Assembly (NCBI RefSeq): GCF_009931435.1
Contig: NZ_CP043414.1
Source: Escherichia coli
GTDB taxonomy: Bacteria > Pseudomonadota > Gammaproteobacteria > Enterobacterales > Enterobacteriaceae
Length of the DNA stretch: 64,000 nucleotides
Strand: one strand, 5' to 3'
Shown one piece after another: positions 14,701-24,921 of this stretch. Under the pieces are notes generated by a model. It was not told the origin of the DNA. It was given only the letters and a program-made list of their open reading frames with translations, and made no database searches. Both the position numbers and the translations under genes were made by a program. Each line of letters opens with the position of its first letter. Within the stretch, counting starts at the first letter, position 1.

Positions 14701-14827
14701 AACTCTGCACATAACTGTGAGTTATTCAATTGTTATTAGTGTGTAATGCCCTGCAGAGAGTGGTTTACCGTCTTCATGGAGTATGAAACAATCATTCGTA
14801 TATAAAGCTTTATTTTGAGGTAGTCCG

Positions 14828-15358
14828 GTGATTGATGACGATGGCTACCGCCCAAACGTAGGTATCGTGATTTGTAATCGCCAGGGGCAGGTAATGTGGG
14901 CCCGGCGATTTGGTCAGCACTCCTGGCAATTTCCGCAAGGCGGAATTAACCCAGGAGAATCCGCAGAACAGGCGATGTACCGTGAATTGTTTGAAGAAGT
15001 AGGATTAAGCCGCAAAGACGTTCGAATCCTTGCTTCAACGCGTAACTGGTTGCGCTACAAATTACCGAAACGTTTGGTGCGTTGGGACACGAAGCCGGTT
15101 TGTATCGGCCAAAAACAAAAATGGTTTCTCTTGCAGCTGGTGAGCGGCGATGCAGAAATCAATATGCAAACCAGCAGTACACCAGAGTTTGATGGCTGGA
15201 GATGGGTAAGTTACTGGTATCCGGTCAGACAGGTGGTGTCATTTAAACGTGATGTCTACCGTAGGGTAATGAAAGAGTTCGCGAGTGTTGTGATGGCGCT
15301 GCAGGATAATACGCCAAAACCACAAAACGCATCTGCTTATCGACGTAAAAGAGGTTAA
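14828..15358 (+). CDS. rppH: RNA pyrophosphohydrolase (Nudix)
   Basis: 176 aa, Nudix box [22 protein letters not shown]; GTG start. Confidence 0.9.
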   Translation: MIDDDGYRPNVGIVICNRQGQVMWARRFGQHSWQFPQGGINPGESAEQAMYRELFEEVGLSRKDVRILASTRNWLRYKLPKRLVRWDTKPVCIGQKQKWFLLQLVSGDAEINMQTSSTPEFDGWRWVSYWYPVRQVVSFKRDVYRRVMKEFASVVMALQDNTPKPQNASAYRRKRG

Positions 15359-15370
15359 GTCACGCCAATT

Positions 15371-17617
15371 ATGCTCACTCGCCTGCGCGAAATAGTCGAA
15401 AAGGTAGCCAGCGCACCACGCCTGAATGAGGCGTTAAATATTCTGGTTACCGACATCTGTCTTGCGATGGATACCGAGGTCTGTTCGGTCTACCTGGCCG
15501 ATCATGACCGACGTTGTTACTACCTGATGGCGACCCGGGGGCTGAAAAAACCACGCGGTCGCACTGTAACGCTTGCGTTTGATGAAGGGATCGTCGGCCT
15601 GGTTGGCAGGCTGGCGGAACCGATAAACCTTGCAGATGCGCAAAAGCACCCCAGCTTCAAATACATCCCCTCCGTAAAAGAAGAACGTTTCCGCGCGTTT
15701 TTAGGCGTACCAATTATTCAACGTCGCCAGTTGCTTGGTGTACTGGTGGTACAGCAACGAGAGTTGCGCCAGTATGACGAAAGTGAAGAATCCTTCCTGG
15801 TGACGCTTGCCACCCAGATGGCAGCGATTCTTTCTCAGTCGCAGTTGACTGCCTTGTTTGGGCAATATCGCCAGACGCGAATCCGTGCATTACCGGCAGC
15901 GCCTGGTGTGGCGATTGCCGAAGGCTGGCAGGATGCCACGTTACCTTTAATGGAACAGGTGTATCAGGCATCAACGCTGGATCCGGCTCTGGAACGCGAA
16001 CGACTGACCGGGGCGCTGGAAGAAGCGGCAAACGAGTTTCGCCGCTACAGCAAACGCTTTGCCGCCGGTGCACAAAAAGAAACGGCGGCTATTTTCGATC
16101 TTTACTCGCACCTGCTTTCGGACACCCGGCTGCGTCGCGAATTGTTTGCCGAGGTTGATAAAGGCTCGGTGGCAGAGTGGGCGGTAAAAACGGTCATTGA
16201 AAAATTTGCCGAACAGTTTGCCGCGCTAAGCGATAACTATCTCAAAGAGCGGGCTGGCGATTTACGTGCGCTGGGTCAGCGATTGCTGTTTCATCTTGAT
16301 GACGCTAATCAAGGGCCGAACGCCTGGCCGGAACGTTTCATTCTGGTGGCAGATGAACTGTCAGCGACAACGCTTGCTGAGCTGCCCCAGGATCGCTTAG
16401 TCGGTGTTGTCGTGCGAGATGGCGCAGCCAACTCCCATGCTGCGATCATGGTACGTGCGCTGGGGATCCCTACCGTAATGGGCGCGGATATTCAGCCTTC
16501 GGTGCTGCATCGTCGGACGTTGATCGTCGATGGTTATCGCGGTGAATTGCTGGTCGATCCGGAGCCGGTACTGCTGCAAGAATATCAGCGGCTAATTAGT
16601 GAAGAGATTGAGCTTAGCCGTCTGGCGGAAGATGACGTCAATTTACCCGCCCAGTTAAAAAGCGGCGAGCGCATTAAAGTCATGCTCAATGCCGGTTTAA
16701 GCCCGGAACATGAACAAAAACTGGGCAGCCGTATTGATGGCATAGGACTTTATCGCACTGAAATCCCATTCATGTTGCAAAGTGGTTTTCCGTCGGAAGA
16801 AGAACAGGTGGCGCAGTATCAGGGGATGCTGCAAATGTTCAATGATAAACCCGTCACCTTGCGTACGCTGGATGTCGGAGCAGATAAGCAGCTGCCTTAC
16901 ATGCCGATCAGCGAAGAGAATCCATGCCTGGGTTGGCGTGGGATTCGCATTACGCTCGATCAGCCGGAGATCTTCTTGATTCAGGTGCGGGCGATGCTGC
17001 GTGCTAATGCCGCTACGGGCAACCTGAATATTCTGTTGCCGATGGTCACCAGCCTCGATGAAGTTGACGAAGCACGCCGCCTGATTGAACGTGCCGGACG
17101 TGAAGTCGAGGAGATGATCGGTTACGAAATTCCCAAACCACGTATCGGCATCATGCTTGAAGTGCCGTCAATGGTATTTATGCTGCCGCATCTGGCAAAG
17201 CGGGTCGATTTTATCTCTGTTGGCACCAACGATCTGACTCAATACATCCTGGCCGTTGATCGCAACAATACCCGGGTGGCGAACATTTATGACAGTCTTC
17301 ATCCTGCAATGTTACGAGCTCTGGCGATGATCGCTCGGGAAGCGGAAATACATGGTATCGATCTCCGTTTGTGCGGTGAAATGGCGGGCGATCCCATGTG
17401 CGTGGCAATCCTCATTGGGCTTGGGTATCGCCATCTGTCTATGAACGGACGTTCTGTAGCGCGCGTAAAATACCTGCTGCGGCGCATTGATTATGCCGAA
17501 GCAGAAAACCTTGCGCAGCGTAGTCTGGAAGCGCAACTGGCGACCGAAGTTCGCCATCAGGTTGCAGCCTTTATGGAGCGTCGCGGCATGGGCGGGTTGA
17601 TTCGCGGAGGGTTATAG
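15371..17617 (+). CDS. ptsP: Phosphoenolpyruvate-protein phosphotransferase EI-Ntr (GAF + EI domains)
   Basis: 748 aa; 13 bp downstream of rppH. Confidence 0.95.
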   Translation: MLTRLREIVEKVASAPRLNEALNILVTDICLAMDTEVCSVYLADHDRRCYYLMATRGLKKPRGRTVTLAFDEGIVGLVGRLAEPINLADAQKHPSFKYIPSVKEERFRAFLGVPIIQRRQLLGVLVVQQRELRQYDESEESFLVTLATQMAAILSQSQLTALFGQYRQTRIRALPAAPGVAIAEGWQDATLPLMEQVYQASTLDPALERERLTGALEEAANEFRRYSKRFAAGAQKETAAIFDLYSHLLSDTRLRRELFAEVDKGSVAEWAVKTVIEKFAEQFAALSDNYLKERAGDLRALGQRLLFHLDDANQGPNAWPERFILVADELSATTLAELPQDRLVGVVVRDGAANSHAAIMVRALGIPTVMGADIQPSVLHRRTLIVDGYRGELLVDPEPVLLQEYQRLISEEIELSRLAEDDVNLPAQLKSGERIKVMLNAGLSPEHEQKLGSRIDGIGLYRTEIPFMLQSGFPSEEEQVAQYQGMLQMFNDKPVTLRTLDVGADKQLPYMPISEENPCLGWRGIRITLDQPEIFLIQVRAMLRANAATGNLNILLPMVTSLDEVDEARRLIERAGREVEEMIGYEIPKPRIGIMLEVPSMVFMLPHLAKRVDFISVGTNDLTQYILAVDRNNTRVANIYDSLHPAMLRALAMIAREAEIHGIDLRLCGEMAGDPMCVAILIGLGYRHLSMNGRSVARVKYLLRRIDYAEAENLAQRSLEAQLATEVRHQVAAFMERRGMGGLIRGGL

Positions 17618-17767
17618 CGCGGATCATATACATATCTTTTAACGGTATCCGGCAACCAGCCAGGTCCCCTTGTGCTATTATTCGCACCTTTGGAGCGCCT
17701 GAAACCTGCGGCGCGCATTTCAATCGCTGTTCTCTTTCAGCGAAATAACAAGAACTTGTGGTGACAG

Positions 17768-18643
17768 ATGACCAGTAGCTATCTGCATTTTCCGGAGTTT
17801 GATCCGGTCATTTTCTCAATAGGACCCGTAGCGCTTCACTGGTACGGCCTGATGTATCTGGTGGGTTTCATTTTTGCAATGTGGCTGGCAACACGTCGGG
17901 CGAATCGTCCGGGCAGCGGCTGGACCAAAAATGAAGTTGAAAACTTACTCTATGCGGGCTTCCTCGGCGTCTTCCTCGGTGGACGTATTGGTTATGTTCT
18001 GTTCTACAACTTCCCGCAGTTTATGGCCGATCCGCTGTATCTTTTCCGTGTCTGGGACGGCGGCATGTCCTTCCACGGCGGCCTGATTGGCGTTATCGTG
18101 GTGATGATTATCTTCGCCCGCCGTACTAAACGTTCCTTCTTCCAGGTTTCTGATTTTATCGCACCACTCATTCCGTTTGGTCTTGGTGCCGGGCGTCTGG
18201 GCAACTTTATTAACGGTGAATTGTGGGGCCGCGTTGACCCGAACTTCCCGTTTGCCATGCTGTTCCCCGGCTCCCGTACAGAAGATATTTTGCTGCTGCA
18301 AACCAACCCGCAGTGGCAATCCATTTTCGACACTTACGGTGTGCTGCCGCGCCACCCATCACAGCTTTACGAGCTGCTGCTGGAAGGTGTGGTGCTGTTT
18401 ATTATCCTCAACCTGTATATTCGTAAACCGCGCCCAATGGGAGCTGTCTCAGGTTTGTTCCTGATTGGCTACGGCGCGTTTCGCATCATTGTTGAGTTTT
18501 TCCGCCAGCCCGACGCGCAGTTTACTGGTGCCTGGGTGCAGTACATCAGCATGGGACAAATTCTTTCCATCCCGATGATTGTCGCGGGTGTGATCATGAT
18601 GGTCTGGGCATATCGTCGCAGCCCACAGCAACACGTTTCCTGA
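17768..18643 (+). CDS. lgt: Prolipoprotein diacylglyceryl transferase
   Basis: 291 aa membrane protein; recognised sequence. Confidence 0.95.
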
Positions 18644-18649
18644 GGAACC

Positions 18650-19444
18650 ATGAAACAGTATTTAGAACTGATGCAAAAAGTGCTCGACGAAGGCACACAG
18701 AAAAACGACCGTACCGGAACCGGAACGCTTTCCATTTTTGGTCATCAGATGCGTTTTAACCTGCAGGATGGATTCCCGCTGGTGACAACCAAACGTTGCC
18801 ACCTGCGTTCCATCATCCACGAACTGCTGTGGTTCTTGCAGGGCGACACAAACATTGCTTATCTACACGAAAACAATGTCACCATCTGGGACGAATGGGC
18901 CGATGAAAATGGCGACCTCGGTCCGGTGTATGGTAAACAGTGGCGTGCCTGGCCAACGCCAGATGGTCGTCATATTGACCAGATCACTACGGTACTGAAC
19001 CAGCTGAAAAACGACCCGGATTCCCGCCGCATTATTGTTTCAGCGTGGAACGTTGGTGAACTGGATAAAATGGCGCTGGCACCGTGCCATGCATTCTTCC
19101 AGTTCTATGTGGCAGACGGCAAACTCTCTTGCCAGCTTTATCAGCGCTCCTGTGACGTCTTCCTCGGCCTGCCATTTAACATTGCCAGCTATGCGTTACT
19201 GGTACATATGATGGCGCAGCAGTGCGATCTGGAAGTGGGTGATTTTGTCTGGACCGGTGGCGACACGCATCTGTACAGCAACCATATGGATCAAACTCAT
19301 CTGCAATTAAGCCGCGAACCGCGCCCGCTGCCGAAGCTGATTATCAAACGTAAACCTGAATCCATCTTCGACTACCGTTTCGAAGACTTTGAGATTGAAG
19401 GCTACGATCCGCATCCGGGCATTAAAGCGCCGGTGGCTATCTAA
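18650..19444 (+). CDS. thyA: Thymidylate synthase
   Basis: 264 aa; recognised sequence. Confidence 0.95.
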
Positions 19445-19465
19445 TTACGAAACATCCTGCCAGAG

Positions 19466-19493
19466 CCGACGCCAGTGTGCGTCGGTTTTTTTT
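19466..19493 (+). terminator. Rho-independent terminator downstream of thyA
   Basis: Hairpin ccgacgc-cagtgt-gcgtcgg followed by T8. Confidence 0.7.
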
Positions 19494-19628
19494 ACCCTCC
19501 GTTAAATTCTTCGCGACGCCTTCCCGAAATTTTGCAACCTCCTGCAACGGCGTAAATAGTCCGGAAGATGCGCCGAAGAAATAGAAACTGGCCCTCGTCT
19601 TTTTTTCTCCTCGCTCCATACTGCCGGC

Positions 19629-20099
19629 ATGAAAACACAACGTGGTTATACGCTGATTGAAACGCTGGTCGCGATGCTGATTCTGGTCATGCTAAGCGCA
19701 AGTGGACTCTATGGCTGGCAATACTGGCAGCAGTCGCAACGGCTATGGCAAACCGCCAGCCAGGCGCGGGACTATTTGCTCTATTTACGTGAAGATGCCA
19801 ACTGGCATAACCGCGACCACAGTATCAGCGTTATCAGGGAGGGGGCGTTATGGTGCCTTGTGAGTTCCGCGGCTGGGGCCAATACCTGTCATGGCAGTTC
19901 ACCATTGGTCTTTGTGCCACGCTGGCCCGAAGTCGAAATGAGCGACCTGACACCTTCGCTTGCTTTCTTTGGCCTGCGCAATACCGCATGGGCCGGGCAT
20001 ATTCGCTTTAAAAACTCAACGGGCGAGTGGTGGCTGGTGGTTTCGCCGTGGGGAAGACTCCGGCTTTGTCAGCAAGGAGAAACAGAAGGATGCCTGTAA
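19629..20099 (+). CDS. ppdA: Prepilin peptidase-dependent protein A (type IV pilin-like)
   Basis: 156 aa; N-terminal prepilin motif [11 protein letters not shown]. Confidence 0.85.
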   Translation: MKTQRGYTLIETLVAMLILVMLSASGLYGWQYWQQSQRLWQTASQARDYLLYLREDANWHNRDHSISVIREGALWCLVSSAAGANTCHGSSPLVFVPRWPEVEMSDLTPSLAFFGLRNTAWAGHIRFKNSTGEWWLVVSPWGRLRLCQQGETEGCL

Positions 20100-20653
20100 A
20101 AGAGCAAGGTTTTTCTTTGCTGGAAGTGTTGATTGCTATGGCGATCAGTAGCGTATTGTTGCTGGGGGCTGCACGCTTTCTGCCCGCGTTACAGCATGAA
20201 AGTTTAACGAGCACCCGTAAGCTGGCGCTGGAAGATGAAATCTGGCTGCGGGTATTTACCGTCGCGAAGCATCTCCAGAGGGCGGGTTATTGTCATGGCA
20301 GCTGTACCGGCGAAGGGCTGGAAATTGTCGGACAGGGGGACTGTATCATTGTGCAGTGGGATGCGAACAGTAACGGTATCTGGGATCGCGAACCGGTAAA
20401 AGAGTCCGACCAGATTGCATTTCGTGTGAAGGAGCATGTGCTGGAAACGCTACGCGGTGCGACATCCTGTGAAGGTAAGGGCTGGGATAAAGTCACTAAT
20501 CCGGATGCCATCATTATCGACACTTTTCAGGTTACCCGACAGGATGTCAGCGGTTTCTCGCCGGTGTTGACGGTTAATATGCATGCTGCCAGTAAGTCTG
20601 AACCGCAAACCGTGGTGGATGCCAGCTATAGCGTGACAGGATTCAACCTGTGA
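20090..20653 (+). CDS. ppdB: Prepilin peptidase-dependent protein B
   Basis: 187 aa from the ATG at 20090 (RBS aggaga upstream); prepilin-like motif [11 protein letters not shown]; overlaps ppdA 3' end. Confidence 0.8.
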   Translation: MPVKEQGFSLLEVLIAMAISSVLLLGAARFLPALQHESLTSTRKLALEDEIWLRVFTVAKHLQRAGYCHGSCTGEGLEIVGQGDCIIVQWDANSNGIWDREPVKESDQIAFRVKEHVLETLRGATSCEGKGWDKVTNPDAIIIDTFQVTRQDVSGFSPVLTVNMHAASKSEPQTVVDASYSVTGFNL

Positions 20654-21057
20654 ACCGCGAAAAGGGTGTTTCGTCACTGGCTCTGGTCCTTATGCTGCTG
20701 GTTTTGGGTAGCTTGCTATTGCAAGGAATGAGTCAGCAGGATCGCAGTTTTGCCTCTCGCGTGAGCATGGAAAGTCAGTCATTGCGCCGCCAGGCCATCG
20801 TTCAGTCGACGCTGGAGTGGGGAAAAATGCACGCCTGGCAGACGCAGCCCGCAGTTCAGTGCTTACTGTACGCAGCCACCGGTGCCCGGGTTTGTCTGCG
20901 TTTATTGGCTGATAATGAAGCCTTATTGATTGCCGGTTATGAAGGCGTTTCGTTGTGGCGAACAGGCGAAGTCATCGATGGAAACATTGTTTTTTCGCCA
21001 CGCGGCTGGAGCGATTTTTGTCCGCTGAAAGAGAGGGCGTTATGTCAGCTTCCCTGA
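20650..21057 (+). CDS. ygdB: Conserved protein of the ppd operon (DUF2509)
   Basis: 135 aa; GTG start overlapping the ppdB stop. Confidence 0.7.
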   Translation: MNREKGVSSLALVLMLLVLGSLLLQGMSQQDRSFASRVSMESQSLRRQAIVQSTLEWGKMHAWQTQPAVQCLLYAATGARVCLRLLADNEALLIAGYEGVSLWRTGEVIDGNIVFSPRGWSDFCPLKERALCQLP

Positions 21058-21365
21058 AGAATCAACAAGGCTTTAGCCTGCCAGAGGTAATGTTGGCGAT
21101 GGTGTTGATGGTGATAATTGTCACTGCGTTATCGGGTTTCCAGCGAACATTAATGAACAGTCTTGCCAGCAGAAACCAGTACCAACAGCTCTGGCGGCAT
21201 GGCTGGCAGCAAACGCAACTGCGCGCGATTTCGCCACCTGCCAACTGGCAGGTCAACCGAATGCAGACATCGCAGGCGGGATGTGTCAGCATCAGCGTTA
21301 CGCTAGTTTCACCCGGGGGCAGAGAAGGCGAGATGACCCGCCTGCATTGCCCGAATCGTCAGTAG
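21042..21365 (+). CDS. ppdC: Prepilin peptidase-dependent protein C
   Basis: 107 aa from the ATG at 21042; prepilin-like motif [11 protein letters not shown]. Confidence 0.75.
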   Translation: MSASLKNQQGFSLPEVMLAMVLMVIIVTALSGFQRTLMNSLASRNQYQQLWRHGWQQTQLRAISPPANWQVNRMQTSQAGCVSISVTLVSPGGREGEMTRLHCPNRQ

Positions 21366-21377
21366 TCAGGAGCCGCT

Positions 21378-24300
21378 ATGTTAAGGGTCTACCATTCCAA
21401 TCGTCTGGACGTGCTGGAAGCGTTGATGGAGTTTATTGTCGAACGCGAACGGCTGGACGATCCTTTCGAACCAGAGATGATTCTGGTGCAAAGTACCGGT
21501 ATGGCGCAGTGGCTGCAAATGACCCTGTCGCAAAAGTTTGGTATTGCGGCAAACATTGATTTTCCGCTGCCAGCGAGCTTTATCTGGGATATGTTCGTCC
21601 GGGTGTTACCGGAGATACCCAAAGAGAGCGCCTTTAACAAACAGAGCATGAGCTGGAAACTGATGACTCTGCTGCCGCAACTGTTGGAGCGCGAAGACTT
21701 TACCCTGTTGCGGCATTATCTGACTGACGATAGCGACAAGCGAAAACTGTTCCAGCTTTCTTCAAAAGCGGCGGACCTGTTTGACCAGTATCTGGTCTAT
21801 CGTCCGGACTGGCTGGCACAGTGGGAAATAGGACATTTGGTTGAAGGGCTGGGAGAAGCACAGGCCTGGCAAGCGCCGTTGTGGAAGGCGTTGGTGGAAT
21901 ATACCCATCAACTCGGGCAACCGCGCTGGCACCGCGCCAATCTCTATCAGCGCTTTATCGAAACGCTGGAGTCCGCGACGACCTGCCCGCCGGGGCTACC
22001 TTCGCGCGTCTTTATATGCGGTATTTCCGCGTTACCGCCTGTTTATCTCCAGGCGCTACAGGCGCTGGGTAAACATATTGAAATCCATCTCCTGTTTACC
22101 AACCCCTGCCGTTATTACTGGGGCGACATTAAAGATCCTGCTTATCTGGCGAAACTGCTGACTCGCCAGCGCCGACACAGTTTTGAAGATCGCGAATTAC
22201 CGCTATTTCGCGACAGCGAAAATGCCGGGCAGCTCTTTAACAGCGATGGTGAACAGGATGTCGGCAACCCGCTGCTGGCCTCATGGGGCAAGCTTGGGCG
22301 CGACTACATTTATCTCCTTTCTGATCTGGAGAGCAGCCAGGAGCTGGACGCTTTTGTCGATGTGACGCCAGATAACCTGCTGCATAACATTCAGTCTGAC
22401 ATTCTGGAACTTGAAAACTGCGCTGTTGCGGGTGTGAATATCGAAGAGTTTTCCCGTAGCGATAACAAACGCCTGCTTGATCCACTGGATAACAGTATCA
22501 CCTTCCACGTTTGCCATAGCCCGCAGCGCGAAGTTGAAGTTTTACACGATCGCCTGCTGGCAATGCTGGAGGAAGACCCGACACTGACTCCGCGCGACAT
22601 CATCGTGATGGTGGCTGATATCGACAGCTACAGTCCGTTTATTCAGGCAGTGTTTGGTAGCGCACCTGCGGATCGTTACCTGCCATATGCCATTTCCGAT
22701 CGTCGGGCGCGGCAGTCACATCCGGTATTGGAAGCGTTTATCAGCCTGTTATCACTGCCTGACAGTCGCTTTGTGTCAGAGGATGTGCTGGCGCTACTGG
22801 ATGTGCCGGTACTGGCGGCGCGGTTTGATATTACCGAAGAAGGGCTGCGTTATTTACGCCAGTGGGTCAACGAATCCGGTATTCGTTGGGGGATAGATGA
22901 CGACAACGTCCGCGAGCTGGAACTCCCCGCCACCGGTCAACACACCTGGCGGTTTGGCCTGACGCGCATGTTGCTGGGCTACGCGATGGAGAGCGCGCAG
23001 GGCGAGTGGCAATCGGTTCTGCCTTATGATGAATCGAGTGGCTTAATTGCAGAACTGGTGGGGCACCTGGCGTCGCTGCTAATGCAACTGAATATCTGGC
23101 GTCGTGGGCTGGCGCAGGAGCGTCCGCTGGAAGAGTGGTTGCCGGTTTGTCGCGATATGCTCAACGCCTTCTTCCTGCCGGATGCGGAAACCGAAGCGGC
23201 GATGACGCTGATCGAACAACAATGGCAGGCGATTATCGCCGAAGGTTTAGGTGCGCAGTATGGCGACGCGGTGCCGTTGTCACTATTGCGTGATGAACTG
23301 GCACAACGTCTGGATCAGGAACGTATCAGCCAGCGTTTTCTCGCCGGACCGGTTAACATTTGTACTCTGATGCCAATGCGTTCCATCCCATTCAAAGTGG
23401 TTTGCCTGCTGGGAATGAACGACGGCGTTTACCCACGCCAGCTTGCGCCATTGGGCTTTGACCTGATGAGTCAGAAACCGAAGCGTGGCGACCGTAGCCG
23501 TCGCGATGATGACCGCTATCTGTTCCTGGAAGCGTTAATTTCCGCGCAGCAAAAACTCTATATCAGCTATATCGGGCGTTCCATTCAGGATAACAGTGAA
23601 CGTTTCCCGTCGGTACTGGTGCAGGAACTGATCGACTACATCGGGCAAAGCCATTATCTACCGGGCGATGAAGCGCTCAACTGTGATGAAAGCGAGGCAA
23701 GGGTAAAAGCGCATCTTACTTGCCTCCATACCCGAATGCCGTTTGATCCACAAAACTATCAGCCAGGTGAACGACAAAGCTATGCACGTGAGTGGTTACC
23801 TGCGGCAAGCCAGGCTGGTAAGGCACATTCTGAATTTGTTCAGCCGCTGCTGTTTACCTTGCCGGAAACCGTGCCGCTGGAGACGCTACAACGATTCTGG
23901 GCGCATCCGGTGCGGGCGTTTTTCCAGATGCGCTTGCAGGTGAACTTCCGTACCGAAGATAGCGAAATTCCCGACACCGAACCTTTTATTCTGGAAGGGC
24001 TTAGCCGTTATCAAATCAATCAGCAGTTATTGAATGCACTGGTTGAGCAGGATGATGCCGAACGCTTGTTCCGTCGCTTCCGGGCGGCAGGGGATTTACC
24101 GTATGGCGCTTTTGGTGAAATTTTCTGGGAAACACAGTGCCAGGAGATGCAGCAGCTTGCCGACAGAGTCATTGCCTGTCGCCAACCGGGGCAAAGTATG
24201 GAAATTGATCTCGCCTGCAACGGTGTGCAAATAACGGGTTGGTTGCCGCAGGTGCAGCCGGATGGCCTGTTACGCTGGCGTCCCTCTTTATTAAGTGTGG

Positions 24301-24746
24301 CGCAGGGAATGCAACTTTGGCTGGAACACCTTGTCTACTGTGCCAGCGGTGGTAATGGTGAAAGTCGCCTTTTTCTACGCAAAGACGGCGAGTGGCGTTT
24401 TCCGCCGCTTGCAGCCGAACAGGCTTTACATTACCTCTCAGAACTGATTGAGGGGTATCGTGAAGGGATGTCCACGCCGCTGCTGGTGTTACCTGAAAGT
24501 GGCGGCGCGTGGCTAAAAACCTGTTATGACGCGCAAAACGATGCCATGCTGGATGACGATTCCACGTTGCAGAAAGCCCGTACGAAATTCCTTCAGGCTT
24601 ACGAAGGCAACATGATGGTGCGTGGAGAAGGTGATGATATCTGGTATCAACGGCTCTGGCGGCAATTAACACCAGAGACAATGGAAGCCATCGTTGAACA
24701 GTCGCAACGTTTCCTGTTACCGCTGTTTCGCTTTAATCAGTCATGA
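21378..24746 (+). CDS. recC: Exodeoxyribonuclease V gamma subunit
   Basis: 1122 aa; recognised sequence. Confidence 0.95.
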   Translation: MLRVYHSNRLDVLEALMEFIVERERLDDPFEPEMILVQSTGMAQWLQMTLSQKFGIAANIDFPLPASFIWDMFVRVLPEIPKESAFNKQSMSWKLMTLLPQLLEREDFTLLRHYLTDDSDKRKLFQLSSKAADLFDQYLVYRPDWLAQWEIGHLVEGLGEAQAWQAPLWKALVEYTHQLGQPRWHRANLYQRFIETLESATTCPPGLPSRVFICGISALPPVYLQALQALGKHIEIHLLFTNPCRYYWGDIKDPAYLAKLLTRQRRHSFEDRELPLFRDSENAGQLFNSDGEQDVGNPLLASWGKLGRDYIYLLSDLESSQELDAFVDVTPDNLLHNIQSDILELENCAVAGVNIEEFSRSDNKRLLDPLDNSITFHVCHSPQREVEVLHDRLLAMLEEDPTLTPRDIIVMVADIDSYSPFIQAVFGSAPADRYLPYAISDRRARQSHPVLEAFISLLSLPDSRFVSEDVLALLDVPVLAARFDITEEGLRYLRQWVNESGIRWGIDDDNVRELELPATGQHTWRFGLTRMLLGYAMESAQGEWQSVLPYDESSGLIAELVGHLASLLMQLNIWRRGLAQERPLEEWLPVCRDMLNAFFLPDAETEAAMTLIEQQWQAIIAEGLGAQYGDAVPLSLLRDELAQRLDQERISQRFLAGPVNICTLMPMRSIPFKVVCLLGMNDGVYPRQLAPLGFDLMSQKPKRGDRSRRDDDRYLFLEALISAQQKLYISYIGRSIQDNSERFPSVLVQELIDYIGQSHYLPGDEALNCDESEARVKAHLTCLHTRMPFDPQNYQPGERQSYAREWLPAASQAGKAHSEFVQPLLFTLPETVPLETLQRFWAHPVRAFFQMRLQVNFRTEDSEIPDTEPFILEGLSRYQINQQLLNALVEQDDAERLFRRFRAAGDLPYGAFGEIFWETQCQEMQQLADRVIACRQPGQSMEIDLACNGVQITGWLPQVQPDGLLRWRPSLLSVAQGMQLWLEHLVYCASGGNGESRLFLRKDGEWRFPPLAAEQALHYLSELIEGYREGMSTPLLVLPESGGAWLKTCYDAQNDAMLDDDSTLQKARTKFLQAYEGNMMVRGEGDDIWYQRLWRQLTPETMEAIVEQSQRFLLPLFRFNQS

Positions 24747-24921
24747 GTGCTGTATAAAAATTGCGCAATTCATCTGCTTACTTTATGATGCGCACCAGTC
24801 ACGGACTGATGGTTATATAGACATAGGCTGACTCGTGCAGCACAAGATTAAATTCTGCCGGATAATTTTCGTTAACGTATTGAATCTGGTTAGAAAATAA
24901 AGTTGATAATGAGGTCCGTGA

